Below are positions 49,996 to 63,651 of a DNA stretch of 64,000 bases, one piece after another. How positions within the stretch are numbered: position 1 is the stretch's first letter; each line of letters begins with the position of its first letter. Source of the stretch: Octopus vulgaris. Its lineage: Eukaryota. The notes under the pieces were generated by a model. That model saw only the letters and a program-made list of their open reading frames with translations. It had not been told where the DNA came from and searched no databases. The translations under genes were made by a program, and so were the position numbers. The stretch spans positions 44,206,001 to 44,270,000 of the forward strand of contig OX597830.1 of NCBI GenBank assembly GCA_951406725.2, read 5' to 3'.

Positions 49996-50694
49996 AAACC
50001 TGCTGCTGGCTATTTGACCACAATAGCTGTGATAGAATGAAGTATCTGATCTTACAGAACTTTTCCACCCTTAAAATACCCTTAAAATATGAACTATCCT
50101 CATAGCTTCAGATAATATAGAGGTAAGTTTAGTATTTTCCTTCAACATGAATGGTCTCTCTATTGAGAGATTTTAAATATACTATTTAGTTAAGGTTATT
50201 TCTACATAAATTATAGGCAGTACTGCTTTTTTGCTATAATGTTTTGTATTGAGACAGCAGATATAAACAAACAATGAGATCGAAATGTATCAAAAAATCA
50301 GTGCTGGTTATAATTTCTATAGAAATAACCTCAATAACATAATGTAAAGCTCACTGCTAACACAGTAGAACATGGTGTTGACTTATAAAAACATTTAGTA
50401 TACTTTATAGTATATTATGGTTGCATAATGAAATACCACACACCTACGAGTCATTAGTGTTAAAATATACTTGATAAGAATGGTTAAGGAATTCGGTTTA
50501 AACACCTCCATAAACACACATCAAAGAATAGCTAACATTTTAGATATCCCACCAAATCTGAGTACAAATAAATATTATCTTAGTAGAAAGTTATATGAAG
50601 AAACCATATATGCAAGAAATCCTTTAAACTCAGCCATAATCAAGAATTTTGTTCATGTGGAAAAGTTTCCAAGTTATTTCAGATAGATTTTTTT

Positions 50695-51085
50695 TCAACT
50701 AGGCTACACTTTATTTCAAGGATGCACTGAAAGGAAGTGGCTTCAGTGACAGACTAATATACAAGGAACACTCCTTCATATGTAACAACACAATCAAGAG
50801 GAGAAAATAATTTGGTTCAGACCATGTCTCAATATAATTAACTTTCCATCCTCATTAAGATCTCATTTCCCAACAACACATAAATATCAAATTTTTCAAC
50901 ATTGGTAATATAAAAGTTACCTACTCTTGTCTAGATAATATCAATTTCCTGATTTCATACAACAATCTAAGACATACACCCAACCAGCCACTATCCTAAT
51001 TCTTGGCTTGTAACTTCAGAAATCCCTCAAACTGCCTATTTTAGAGGATCATGCCTAGGATAAGTGATGATATCGAGTTAGCATA
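50695..51085 (+). mobile_element. Degenerate Penelope-like retroelement coding fragment (post-RT thumb/linker)
   Basis: Frameshifted pieces ATLYFKDALKGSGFSDRLIYK / IIWFRP / SHFPTTHK / FNIGNIKVTYSCLDNINFLISYNN / CNFRNPSNCL / GSCL match recalled PLE motifs ALxxSG, IIWFNPP, KHFP, VKVSYSCxxN and CNCR...CPLxGxC. Confidence 0.7.
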
Positions 51086-51977
51086 ATATCTACCAATGGC
51101 CTCAACAGGAATTAAACAGGACTCATTGCAAATACATGTAAGTGCTGATTTTATAAACATTTACATTCATTCAGATCACGTGAAGACTCACCTGAATCAC
51201 ATCGATTTGAAGAATGCTTCATTTAGCACAAAGTTATTGTCGTATAAAAGTAGTAATGTTTATATACCATAAATATATTCATTTTACACAATGTATTGAG
51301 TACTCTCATTGTACACACACACACCCACGTTTCCTCAGTGGTTACAGTTATTACAAGGGAGATAATCATTTCTTCATAATATTTGGTGGAATTATAAATT
51401 TGAATTTGAAGTCATGGAATTATAAGAAGAAAGATGCATAAAACTCACAAATTTAACTATTCTTGATTAGATATTATGAAATTTTTATACATGTGTGTGT
51501 GTGTGTGTGTGTAGATAAGTCTTTATGAACAATGTGTCTGGAAGCAAATTCAGTTATAAATGATAACTTATGATACATTGAGTTAAAAATTCCTAGGATG
51601 GGAAAAGAGTTGAGAGCTACCAGTAAGAATTGAACCATTTACATTCTGTTAGCCAGATAGACATATTACCAACCCTTTTGCTTTGTTCAAATTAAATGCA
51701 TTAATCTTATGAGTGAGAAAGTATGTTTGTATTTAGGATGTAAATACAGAAGAACCATGAACTGTGCGAATAAGTTTTTATTATCGATGGGTTTTGAAAT
51801 GAATTCAGCTCTAAATAAAAGCTTGTAAATACGCAGGGTTAAAAAGCTATTAAGTTGCAAAACAGAAAAAAAAAAAAAAAAGGGGGAAGCTGCCTCTGTG
51901 ATTTGAACTGAGACAATGTGGGTTTCTTCTTTAGTCCTGCTTGGTTTGACCAAAGAGTCTATATTTTTGGGTGAGCT

Positions 51978-52594
51978 GTAAATTCCACTGCAGTAAATTC
52001 CACTGCAGTAAATTCCACTACAGTAAATTCCACCAGGTAAATTCCACCATAAGTAAATTCCACCATAGGTGAAATTATCATTATCATTATTATTATTATA
52101 TGGGTTATGGTATTATGGAAAAAAAAAGAATGCATAAAAAATAATATTAATAATGTGAATGAATACCAAAAAATACGAGAGAGAAAAAATGATTAAGGAA
52201 TAATGACACGAAGTAATACATGGTGAATATGGTGTGTGCTGAAATTTAATCTTTTCTTTCTTTATCCCAATCTACCTTATTTTTGAAATTTTGTGATGAG
52301 TCTTTTTCATAGATTCTCGCTCGATGGGAGAACATTAAAGTAACCCCATCTCAATTCAAGTAGATTATAAAGTTTATTTTCTATCTCACCTTCAGACTCT
52401 CGCTAGACTTGAGAGACAGACAAATTAAATAACATAGGTATTGACCTACAGTCCAGAGAAACTGACGATGGTGATTATTAGCAGGAACAGCTTTATATTG
52501 GAAGTCTGTCCATGGGTGGAATTTACCTATGGTGAAATTTACAAGGTAGAATTTTCCATGGTGGAATTTACCGCTGTGGAATTTACCAAGAAAC
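51978..52594. mobile_element. Foldback/Mutator-like non-autonomous element with internally repetitive TIRs
   Basis: Left arm has six about 15-bp GTAAATTCCAC units; right arm has five inverted GTGGAATTTAC-like units. Confidence 0.7.
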
Positions 52595-53121
52595 ATTTAT
52601 TTTTACTCAACAGCACTGAATGTAATTTTATTAAATTTTATTTTCCAACTGTTAACATTTTGAATTCAAATCCTGCCAATCCAAGTTGGCCTTCCATCCC
52701 TCTGGGGATGATAGAATAAAGTAACAGTTGATGGCATTCACTAATCACCCTCTGCCCAAAATTGCTGGCCTTGTACCTAAATCAGAAACTACTAAATATT
52801 TGTATTTAAATTTATTTGCAGCCCCCATCCTATGCGTCCCTAGTTTGTGGATAGGGGAATGGCCTGTAAATATAGAGGTTAGCAGTGAAGACTCAATAAG
52901 CAGCCATAGACAAAATCACAGGCTGCTTTTTGGTAAGGCACAACTTCTGTCAGCCACCCTGCCGGGGTCATGGTGAAATCCTGAAGCCCTGAAAATAGGG
53001 GAAAAAGCAGGACAATAGGGAATGAAATGCAAGACATAACAAATAATTTGTCTTTGGATTTCTTCCCATTCTGCAAAACAAATTATACTTTTGTGTAACT
53101 TGGTCTGGGAAACCCATCAGT

Positions 53122-53351
53122 TTAACCCTTTCGTTACCAGCCCAGCTGAAGCTGGCTCTGGCTCTGTAGTACAAATGTCTTGTTTTCATAAGTTTTGAAT
53201 TAAAATCTTCCACCAAACCTTAGTCACAATAAATGTTCCTAGCACTAGCTTAATGATAACTAAGTTATTTTACTAAATTCTTTATTATATTTAAAATTAA
53301 TTGAAAGAAATACAGAGCATCTCAACAGAAATATGGTAACAAAAGGGTTAA
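53122..53351. mobile_element. piggyBac-type MITE
   Basis: TTAACCCTTT...AAAGGGTTAA. Confidence 0.85.
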
Positions 53352-53384
53352 ATGAAAATGAGTAAACTAAACTATACTATACAC

Positions 53385-53444
<60 letters not shown>

Positions 53445-53705
53445 GTATGATCATATATATATGTGTGTGTGTATATATTCTTTTATTCTTTTATTTGTTT
53501 CAGTCATTTGACTGTGGCCATACTGGAGCATCGCCTTTAGTCAAGCAAATCGACCCTAGGACTTATTCTTTGTAAGCCTAGTACTTATTCTATCAGTCTC
53601 TTTTTGCCAAACTGCAAAACACACATAAACACACCAACATCAGTTGTCAAGTGATGTTGGCGAGACAAGCAGAGACACACAAACATACATACACACACAT
53701 ATATC

Positions 53706-53749
<44 letters not shown>

Positions 53750-53932
53750 GCTTCTTTCAGTTTCCCTCTACCAAACCCACTCACAAGGCTTTGGTCAGCC
53801 CGAAGCTATAGAAGAAGACACTTGCCCAAGGTACCATGCAGTGGGACTGAACCCAGAACCATGTGGTTGGTAAGTAAGCTTCTTACCACACAGCAATATA
53901 TATATATGTGTTTGTATCTGTATGTATGTATG

Positions 53933-53971
<39 letters not shown>

Positions 53972-54117
53972 TCATCATCATCATCATCATCGTTTAATGT
54001 CCGTTCTCCATGCTAGCATGGGTTGGACGGTTCGACCGGGGTTCTGGAAAGCCAGAAGGCTGCACCAGGCTCCAGTCTAATCTGGCAATGTTTCTACAGC
54101 TGGATGCCCTTCCTAAC

Positions 54118-54170
<53 letters not shown>

Positions 54171-54173
<3 letters not shown>

Positions 54174-54436
54174 TAAAATTAATAATTGTATTTATAAATT
54201 ATAAAATGATATTAAAGAGATCAGGAAATAACCTGCTCCAACATGCCATAAGGAAATGCCAAAAGGCGCTTACTGTGAAGTTTTGTTTTGTGGTTTTCAT
54301 TTGCTCATTTCAACCCATGATTTTGTAGAAGTTAACAGTGGCTTATGGCGCCTTCTAATAGCATGTTGGAGCAGGTTATTTTCTGATCTCTTTAATATAA
54401 TTTTATAATTTTTATATATAATTAGTAATTTTAGTA
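54171..54436. repeat. Long imperfect inverted repeat (about 95-bp arms), MITE/foldback-like
   Basis: tactaaaatt...atattaaagagatcaggaaataacctgctccaacatgc vs gcatgttggagcaggttattttctgatctctttaatat...aattttagta. Confidence 0.9.
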
Positions 54437-54550
54437 TGTAATTTACCCACAAGGTATTATCTCATGCTTGCCACTTGATATTATAAGCAACATGATTTTA
54501 TCCTTATTTTTATGAAGAATAAATAATGTAATATAATATAATATAATATA

Positions 54551-54597
<47 letters not shown>

Positions 54598-55569
54598 TCA
54601 ATAAATGATATATATATATATATATATATGTGTGTGTCTGTATATATGTGTGTGTATGTGTGAGTATATGTATGTGTGTGTATATATATGTGTGTATGCA
54701 TGCATGTATGTGCGTGTGTATGCTAATGCTCATTTAGGTGTATCAGGCTGCAACAGAATCATCACTTACCCAGCTTCTGATGGAAATCTGTAAAAGTCAA
54801 TAGAAATCAATTTTTTAAGACCACCAGATTGATAAATTCATTGTTGTTAGTTAATGCATTGAAGTCATGCAATCATCTTCAGAGAGAAGGATGCAGAAAG
54901 TCAGTTGTGAAGCCATCATGCTTAGTGCGGTGTATATTAGTAGGAGTTCAAAGAAAATTAGGGAAAAGAAAACAGACATCAGTGATTTCTATTGAAAAAG
55001 ATGTTATTTTGAATGGTTTTTAATGTTAATATTGTTATGGAAGTAAGATGTTTGAAGTCCTTTGCAGAAGAAGTGTGCATAACAGCTTGATGTGCCTGAA
55101 CTTTATAGTTCTTGAAAAGAAGAAATTCTGTGCTGGCTGGAAAGAGGAGTAGGGGACAAACAATATGAACCCCAAGAATAATTGACCTTTGGTGAAAACT
55201 TCACCTAGACCACATTCCAGAAAATTTGGGGTTCTTCACAGTTTGACAAAATCCATGAATGCTCTTCCATAAATTAAAAGAGATCCAGAGCGCAGTGGTG
55301 AGAGGGGAAGGAGTGCCTGAAGTGGATGGTGATCAGTGTTGTGGCATGCTTAAATCTTCCCTCGATGACAACTTCTCACACCTCTACAGGTGGGTGATTT
55401 TACTTGTTTACTAAACTTTTAAGCTGTTTCCGTTTTAATTTTAGATTATTACATTTTTGCCCCACGCTTTTTATTGCTCAAGCGCATCCCTACATCTTTA
55501 ATATGACATTTTGTATTCTATGGTTAATAAAGAAATACTGATAATAATATGTGCTAACAGGTTATACTA

Positions 55570-55796
55570 TTCTATATTTTAGAGATGAGGAATTATTTAC
55601 ATAATTTACAATGGACAGATAGGTGCCCTCATCTTGATTGTTATTATCACAACGTTTCGGCTGATATACTCTCCAGCTTTCAAAAAAAAAAAAAGTTCAA
55701 AATTCCACCAGGACACCTGATGTAGGCTGGAGAGTACATCAGCCGAAACAACAGACAGGAAGGGGACACCTATCCACCAACTGTAAATAATGTTAC
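55570..55796. mobile_element. Inverted pair of family 1 hammerhead-bearing tails
   Basis: Minus copy keeps ...CAGCCGAAACGUUGUG (55648-55682); plus copy GGACAC-CUGAUGU-AGGCUG..CAGCC-GAAAC (55711-55749). Confidence 0.75.
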
Positions 55797-56226
55797 TAAC
55801 AGGTTGGCTAGAATGACAGGGACTGTAAAATATAGCAATGCTGCTTTCCTCCATTAGCATTTAGTTTATTCTCTCAAATATTCTGCTTATTTATTTACAT
55901 CATTTTGAATTAATCATGCTTAATCTCATAACTTCAAGATTGCAATGATGCCATTGTCTATTTTTAGAATGACATTCTAAGATAGCTGTGAGATGCTGCA
56001 TTTGGCTGTTTTGAATGTAAAGCAGGTAGAATATTTGGGCTGAATATGGTCAGTTGAAATGCTAAACAATTCAAGTTGTTGTTTAGTCCTTCTATATTAC
56101 CATATCCTACCAGTGTAAATATTTCTTTAATCACTTTTTATACCAATGTAGGTTCAACTAACTATAATTCCCCATTTAGCAAAAATCTGTTTAGTGTGTT
56201 AAAAGCAATTACCTTCATCATTATCA

Positions 56227-56266
<40 letters not shown>

Positions 56267-59200
56267 AGGCGGCAAGCTGCCATAATCATTAGCATGCTGG
56301 GAAAAATCATGGCAACATTTCATCTGTCTTGATGTTCTGAGTTCAAATTCTGCTGAGGTTGACTTTCATCCTTTCAGAGTAGATAAAATAACTACTAGTT
56401 AAACACTGGGGTTGATGTAATCGACTAATCTATCCGCCCCCAGTAAATACCCTTGTGGCAAAATTTGAAGCCACCACCATCACTATTATTAAGGCAGCAA
56501 GCTGGCAGAATCGTTAGAACGCCGGGCGAAATACTTAGCGATATTTCATCTGTCTTCACATTGTGAGTTCAAATGCTGCCGGGGTCAGTTTTGCCTTTCA
56601 CTCTTTTAGGGCAATAAATTGAGTACCAGTTACACATGGGAGTCGATGTAATCGACTTAATCCCTTCCCTCAAATTTGAGGCCTTGTACTTCCAGTAGAA
56701 AGGATTATTATTATTATTATTAAGGTAGTAAGATGGCAGAATAGTTAGCTGGGCAAACTGCTTAGCGACATTTTGTCCCTCTTTACATTTTGAGTTCAAA
56801 CTCCAAGGTTGACTTTGCCTTTCATCCTTTTAGTGTCGATAGAGAAAGTACCAATTGAGTACTGGGATGTAATCGACCAGCCATCCTGTACTTGAAATTT
56901 CTGGCCTTGTACCAAAAGTTTTAGAATGATTATTACAAAGGAAACTGTTACTACATTTTTGGATTTGGTTTGCAAGATTCTTTATGTGAGTTTGTGTGTT
57001 GAAGCATATTCTGTTGTGTCTGGGGAGAGTAATTTTCTTTTAGTGCCTTATTATTTAATGCTCACCAGTAAAGTTTCCACTCATTTATTAATTTTACTAT
57101 AAAATTTTCGTTGCGTCTTTTAACCTTTTCAATAGTTTACCAGTGTGAAAAGAAAATGAATCTCCCCAGACACAGCAAACACTTTTACTAGTTGTCCAAA
57201 TTTTGAATTGTTTCACCATTAATGCTTTTGGAATACCACGAACATCATAATATTCTTTTTCTTGTCTTTACTTTTTTGATATATGCCTTAACTGTAAATG
57301 CGCAATGAAATTGATAAAATAAGCCGAAAAAATTTAATTTACTGTTTTAGTAATCATCACAAATATTTATATAAACCAGAGTTTTCCTAATTCAAAATAA
57401 AATTTAGCTGTCTTTGAATGATACTACTTAAAATTTAAGGACGGCCTTGATTTATCCACTGGTGCACCTGAGTACTGTATACAATAATTTCATTATTATT
57501 ATTATTTTAAATAGGACAAAAAAAAATGTTGAGCGACACAATGTAAGGGAGATAACCTCCATATTAGGAACCTATGATTTATGAGTTGTCGCCCTTGAGA
57601 CATTTTAAATTGAATTTTATCAGCTCAGTACACGAAATATGTCTTTACAGTTAATTTTTTTTTCTTTTTAAAGCAATAAACGTATTATCTAAGAGTATTT
57701 CCCGCCGGTCATTTTCTGCAAAAATATAAGGTATGATGCTTAGTCAACGCAAAACCACTGCGCTGGCAAAAATGACAAGTACTATTCTTCAAACGTCTGA
57801 GATCAAAACCGACTAGCGTTGATTCCCGTCCGCTTCATTTCTCCATCGTTGATAAAATAGTTACGGAGATGTACTTGCATAGCAAATTCCGTGCCGCACG
57901 AAATTTTGTCAGTGATCAGGTCGCAAAGCGACGAAAGTATTTTGACAAATTAAATTTAAATGTTGAAGTGAATCTAACGGTTTTTGTGTGTTTCTTAAAT
58001 GGCTTACAAACACCTTCCACGATAAAATAGTACTTATCCCAAACCAAAGGAGGTAACTAAATGCACTCTTACCCTTTCGAATGTACGGCCATGTACCAAT
58101 ATGAGCAATCGTTATTAATATGGAAGGAACAGGGAATGACAGAATCGGCAGAACCACAAATGCCAAATACCATGCACCAATTTCTATTTACCTCCATTTA
58201 CGTTCTGAGTTTGAATTTCACTGAGATCAACTTTGACTTTTATTTTTCTGGGGTTGATGAAATAGTACCAGTAATACACTTGGGTTGTGCCACTGTTCTC
58301 TTTTGTTTTAATTTTTACTTGTTTCAGTCATAAGACTGTGGCCATGTTGCAGCATCACCGTAAAGAATTTCTAGTTGAATATATCGACCCCAATACTTAA
58401 TTTCTATGCCTGATACTTATGTTAATCTCTTTGGTTGAAGTGTTAAGTTACAGGGATGTAATTCTTTTCTATTCTAGACACAAAGCCTGAAATTTAGGGG
58501 GAGGGGACCAGTCGATTAGATCGACCCAGTATGCAACTGGTACTTAATTTATCAACCTCGAAAGGATGAAAGGCAAAGTCGACCTCGGCGGAATTTGAAC
58601 TCAGAACGTAAAGACAGATGAAAAAACTGCTAAGCATTTTGCCCAGTGTGCTAATATTTCTGTCAGCTCGACACCTTATCTATTGACAGACGAATTACAG
58701 GGTTGTCAAGTGGTGGGGGGATAAACACACACACATTTAGTGGTTTCTTTCAGTTTCCATCTACCAGATCCACTCACAAGGTTGGCCGAGGTATCGTAGA
58801 AAACACTTGCTCAAGGTTCTATGCACTGGGACTGAACCTGGAAACGATGTGGTTGGGGAGCAAGCTTCTTACAACTCAGCCATACTTGTACCTATGTGAA
58901 AAAATACTATCAATAAGATGTACTTCATTTTTTTGTTGAAATTCTGCCAAAATTTACTTTATTTTGCCCACTTGAGAGTTTAAAAAACTCTCCAAGTATT
59001 TGGTTTCATTAAATTGGCTGTATTTTCCCCTGCAAATTTTGAGGTTTTATGCCTTCCTTAGATGTCAGTATGACAAGCTTCATCGAGCAAACACTAACAC
59101 TAACATGATAAAAGCATGACCATTACAACAAAATTGATGTAGTTTTGGGGCTGTTTAAAGGGGTTCAGTTGCTGGCTTTGTGCTTTAATTATTATTGGCA

Positions 59201-61468
59201 GAATCGTTAACATGCTGGGCAAAATACCTGGTGGTATTTCATCTGTCTTTACATTCTGATTTCAAATTCCACTGAGGTCAACTTTGCCTTTCATCCTTTC
59301 GGGGGTCAATGAATTAAGTACCAGTGATACACTAAGGTCGATGTAATTGACTAGTCCTCTTCCATAAAATTTCAGGCCTTGTGTCTAAGCTGGCAGAATC
59401 GTTAGAATGCTAGGCTAAGAGGAATTTTATCCATCTTTACATTCTGAGTTCACATTCCACTGACGTTGACTTTATTTTTCAACTTTCCAGGGTCGCTAAA
59501 ATGAGTACCAGTTGAAATCAACCTAATCCTGTCCCCCCCAAATTGCAGGCCTTGTGCCTAGATTAGAAAGGATAATAGTTACTACTGTTGTTGTTGTTAG
59601 AGTTTTAGCATAGCAACTGGTCATTTAAACTCCCTGTCTTCGTAGTTTAATTTGGATCTGTCTTTGTGGAACTGCATGTGATACCATTGCAATTCTTCTA
59701 CCACAATAAGTTTCAAACCTAATTCTTATGATACAAATCATGCACACAACCCATCATTGCCACATGCAACATCATCAACATCATCACTCTCATCATTATG
59801 TTTTTTCTGACTTTTCTCATTGTACATTATTAACAAGAACTTAAGCAACAAGACATACCTCATCAAACACTTATAACATGTTGCAAGATGCAGAAATTAA
59901 GAGAAAAGAACAACACAAAATCCCTCATGCTACGTGCAATTGAATTGAGAAAAATAGAAAAGAGAACTTAGAAAAAAAAAAAAGCTCTTCCCCACAAAGA
60001 CAGAAAGATATTAGAAAATTTCTTTGTATAGGGATAAAGTTTAAAATCAAATTAATACAGAATTGTGTTAAAAGGAAATAATTTTATTCCCAAACACAGG
60101 ATAATGCTAATAATATGGCATGAACAGGATAAGTACCCATATTTTTGTAGAAAAATGTGTTGGCAGTCAGCCATGGGACACTAATTTTCAAGAGTTGTAG
60201 ATTTTCAGAAATAAAAGAACAGCAAGTGAAAAAATACCTTGCAGTATTTTAGTTCATTATTTTACATAATCCCATTGGAGTATACCTTATCTTTCAGAAT
60301 TTCAGGTCTGATGAAAAAAACCAAGTACCAGTCATATATTGAGATAAATGTAAGAAGTGGTTATGAAGATTGCTTCACAACTACATCAGGTTTGATCTGT
60401 TCCATTGCATAAAATGTGAGCACTTTCTACCATAACCTTCGATTGATCAAATTCTTGTGAATCAAATTTGGTAAACAAAAGCTGTATGGAAACATTCCTG
60501 TTCTGATATAAAAGACTTAATCAGTTACCCTGGTTCATTTCAATGTAACCACCTGGGCTTGGATAACTTTTGCAGAGATTGCTCTATTGCAAGTTTCTAT
60601 CCAGATCTTTCATTTTCTACTTTCACTTTCCTTTCACCACTTTTCTTATGGCAGCCATTTCTCTTATCCAGTCATTGGATTTATAAAATGGGCAGAAATG
60701 GTTGAATGCTTCATTAAATGTGTTTGGATATGTAGTTATATTTCAAGTTGAGATTGTGTTGAGGTTAAGTTTGCCTTTTATTTCTCTCTTATTAAATAAA
60801 ATACCACAATTTGACTCACACTGATACAAAAACATCCACCAAGCTTCATATGTTTTAATCATCCAAACAACTTCTTTATCTTTCACTTGCTTCAGTTACC
60901 AGACTGTGGCCATACTGGGGCACTGCTTTGAAGAATGAATCGATCTCAGTACTTATTCTTTAGAAAGCCTTGTAATTATTCTATCATACTCTTCAGATGA
61001 ACTGCCTAGTTATAGGGACGTAAACACACCAACACCGGTTGTCAAGTGGTAGCATAGGACAAAGACACATACACGCACGCATGCACACACACACGCGTGT
61101 GCTCGCACTTCTTTCACTTTTCGTCAACCAAATCCATTCATAAGGCTTTGGTAGACCCAAGGATACAGTAGAAGATACTCGCTCAAAGTGCTACATAGTG
61201 GGACTGAACCTGGAACCATAAAGTCGGTAAGCCACCTTCTTACCGCACAGCTAGGCCTGCCAAAGAACAATTTACTGTATTTTTTTTCATTTTTGCTGTC
61301 CTTTGTTAGTTACCACTGCGTTACTGCATGAGGAGGCATTTGTAGGAAGGGTGAAATAATTAGCGGAGTAATTATTACACACACATACGCACACAAAACA
61401 GAAACTTTTAGAAACACAAAAATCGATTTTTTACTTAACCCGCGCATTCCCCACCCTCCACCACATGA

Positions 61469-61532
<64 letters not shown>

Positions 61533-62679
61533 GCATACATACAAAAGACCAAGTACGAAAAAAGAGGAACAGAAATTAATTCCATGTAGAATAAAATAGA
61601 TAAAGATTTAAAAAATACTGAAGATAGACTTTTTGGAAATATTGCAATTAATGGAACAAAAATTTATAGAAAAAGCATGCAAAGATTGTTTAGCAGTGCT
61701 GGTTTTGTTATTTAGAAAAAAATTATACATTATAAGTATGTATGCATATATAGTACAAAGTTAGTTTCAAAGCCAGAGAAAACTCAAGGCAGGCAACTTA
61801 ACATCATTTAACATGATTCAGTAATTGAAACTTCAAATTAGAACAGCTCTATTAACATTCCATTTTAATCTCTGTATGATCTTCTTGTAATTAGAGAAAA
61901 GAATTCTCTTATATATATATATATATATATATAAAACAGAAAAAGAAAAATTAAATTAGAAAAGATAAATATGAAGAATTTCTTGGAAGAGTTTGGCAAG
62001 ATGCACAGAAATAAAGTAGATAAGAGCATAAAAAAAAATATATATATTTAAAAAAAAAAACACTGGTGATAAAACCTCTTACAGGTAAAGTGAAGGATCA
62101 AGAAATAAGTATTAAAAATCATGCGAAGATTGTAAAGTAGTGCTGGTCTGGTTCACAAAAGTATGTATATATATATGGAAAGATAGTGAAAGAGAGAGAG
62201 AGAGAGAGAGAAATAATAATGTTCAGGTATGTTTTGTAAAGATATTAAAAGAAAAAGGATAAAGTATAGAAGAAAGAAATTTTTTAAAATCAAACAAAAC
62301 CTTTTAAAGAATCGAAAACACAAATACTTTGTAAACTTCAATAAACTGTTTATAATGAAGATATTTAAATAAATATTTAGCAATTTAACTCAAATATTTC
62401 TTAATACACTGTTCTTAAAAATTCACCTTCACTAAATTAATTCCAATATAAAGCAACGAGGAAGTGTTTGTTCACAAAAACTGGATGTTATCACGTGTGT
62501 GGCATACATTACTTCTAAGTGTCACAGTTGAATAAAGGTTGTTCGATGTAGCAAAGCTTTGCAGGGAAATTTTTCTGTATTAAGTCACAATTACTAACCA
62601 ATTTTTATGTTAAATTCAGAACTAATCTTCAAACTTCTGTTTTCTTTAGTACAGTAGTTCTTAAACTTTTTCAGGTTGC

Positions 62680-62771
62680 TGTCCCTTTGGTTCTAAGGCC
62701 ACATTCCTAGTGGCCTTTGAATCTTTGTCGCTTTGGTTCTAAGGTCACATTCCTAGTAGCCTTAGAATCTT
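62680..62771. repeat. 46-bp tandem duplication next to a hAT-like terminus (cagtagttcttaaact at 62652)
   Basis: ctttggttctaaggYcacattcctagtRgccttWgaatctt occurs twice. Confidence 0.8.
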
Positions 62772-63651
62772 CACAGACATGCACCATTTTCTGCAGCAAA
62801 TTCAAAACAACTGCATTTCACAAATAAAACAATCTAATTAACCCTCCATTTTGTTTGTTTTTCTGCATCCATTGCCTCATTTTGGTCACCCCATTATCTC
62901 CCCATCTTCCTTCAACACTTCCCAATACCACACACTTAGTATTCCACTGCAAAATTGTATTTAACAATACATAAGGGACCAGTTCTTGTTATTGTGCATG
63001 TTGGGATCTTTAATTATTACATGTTCCAATCCATGGCTCATTACTCCATGCTCACAAGGCTTCATCAAACAAAAGGAAGTGGAAGCATCAGTGAAGGAGT
63101 TCTTTGTTTCACAGGATGAGAACTGGAATCAGTGTTGGATTAAAGAACTGACAAATAAAGCAAGTGAGTTACCAAAATATTGCAAAACCTTCCTACACAA
63201 CACAATATGATGCTGATGGCATGACAAGGTACAAAGCAGTGGCATTGTGGTAACGCGACATCAAAATAACACAGAATGGCATAAAGATACTCTGAATGTA
63301 GTGGAATTCAGGCACCATGGAGTAGCGGGAAAATTCCTTGCAAACTGTTTTATTTTCTCAGCTGGAAATATTCATCTGAAAATCTCTAATAGTCTTAGGA
63401 AAGGTGTAAATGTGACAACTTGGATTTTCCTATCCACTTTCAACAGATTATGAAAAGTGAAGCTTATTTGGGAAGGTAATGGAACAACGAGTTCAGTAGA
63501 ATCTTCCTAAAGACTTCTATAACATCACACGAGACAGCTTTGCATTTAGACTCTGCAGTAAGATGGAGGTAATAAATATTCTTGGTAAAAGAATTGTGGT
63601 GTGTGCCTCGGCTTTTTTCATTGAAGACATTTGATAACATACACAATCATT

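Noticed and set aside
51192-51230. Strong donor cag|gtgagt on the TRPM strand
   Set aside because: All three frames hit stops shortly upstream and the expected S2 EExRQ ending is absent; at most a non-coding or cryptic site.
52879-53076. Hydrophobic ORF resembling a TRPM pre-S1 segment
   Set aside because: No conserved TRPM residues, no suitable donor, and no S1-S2 exon between it and 46672.
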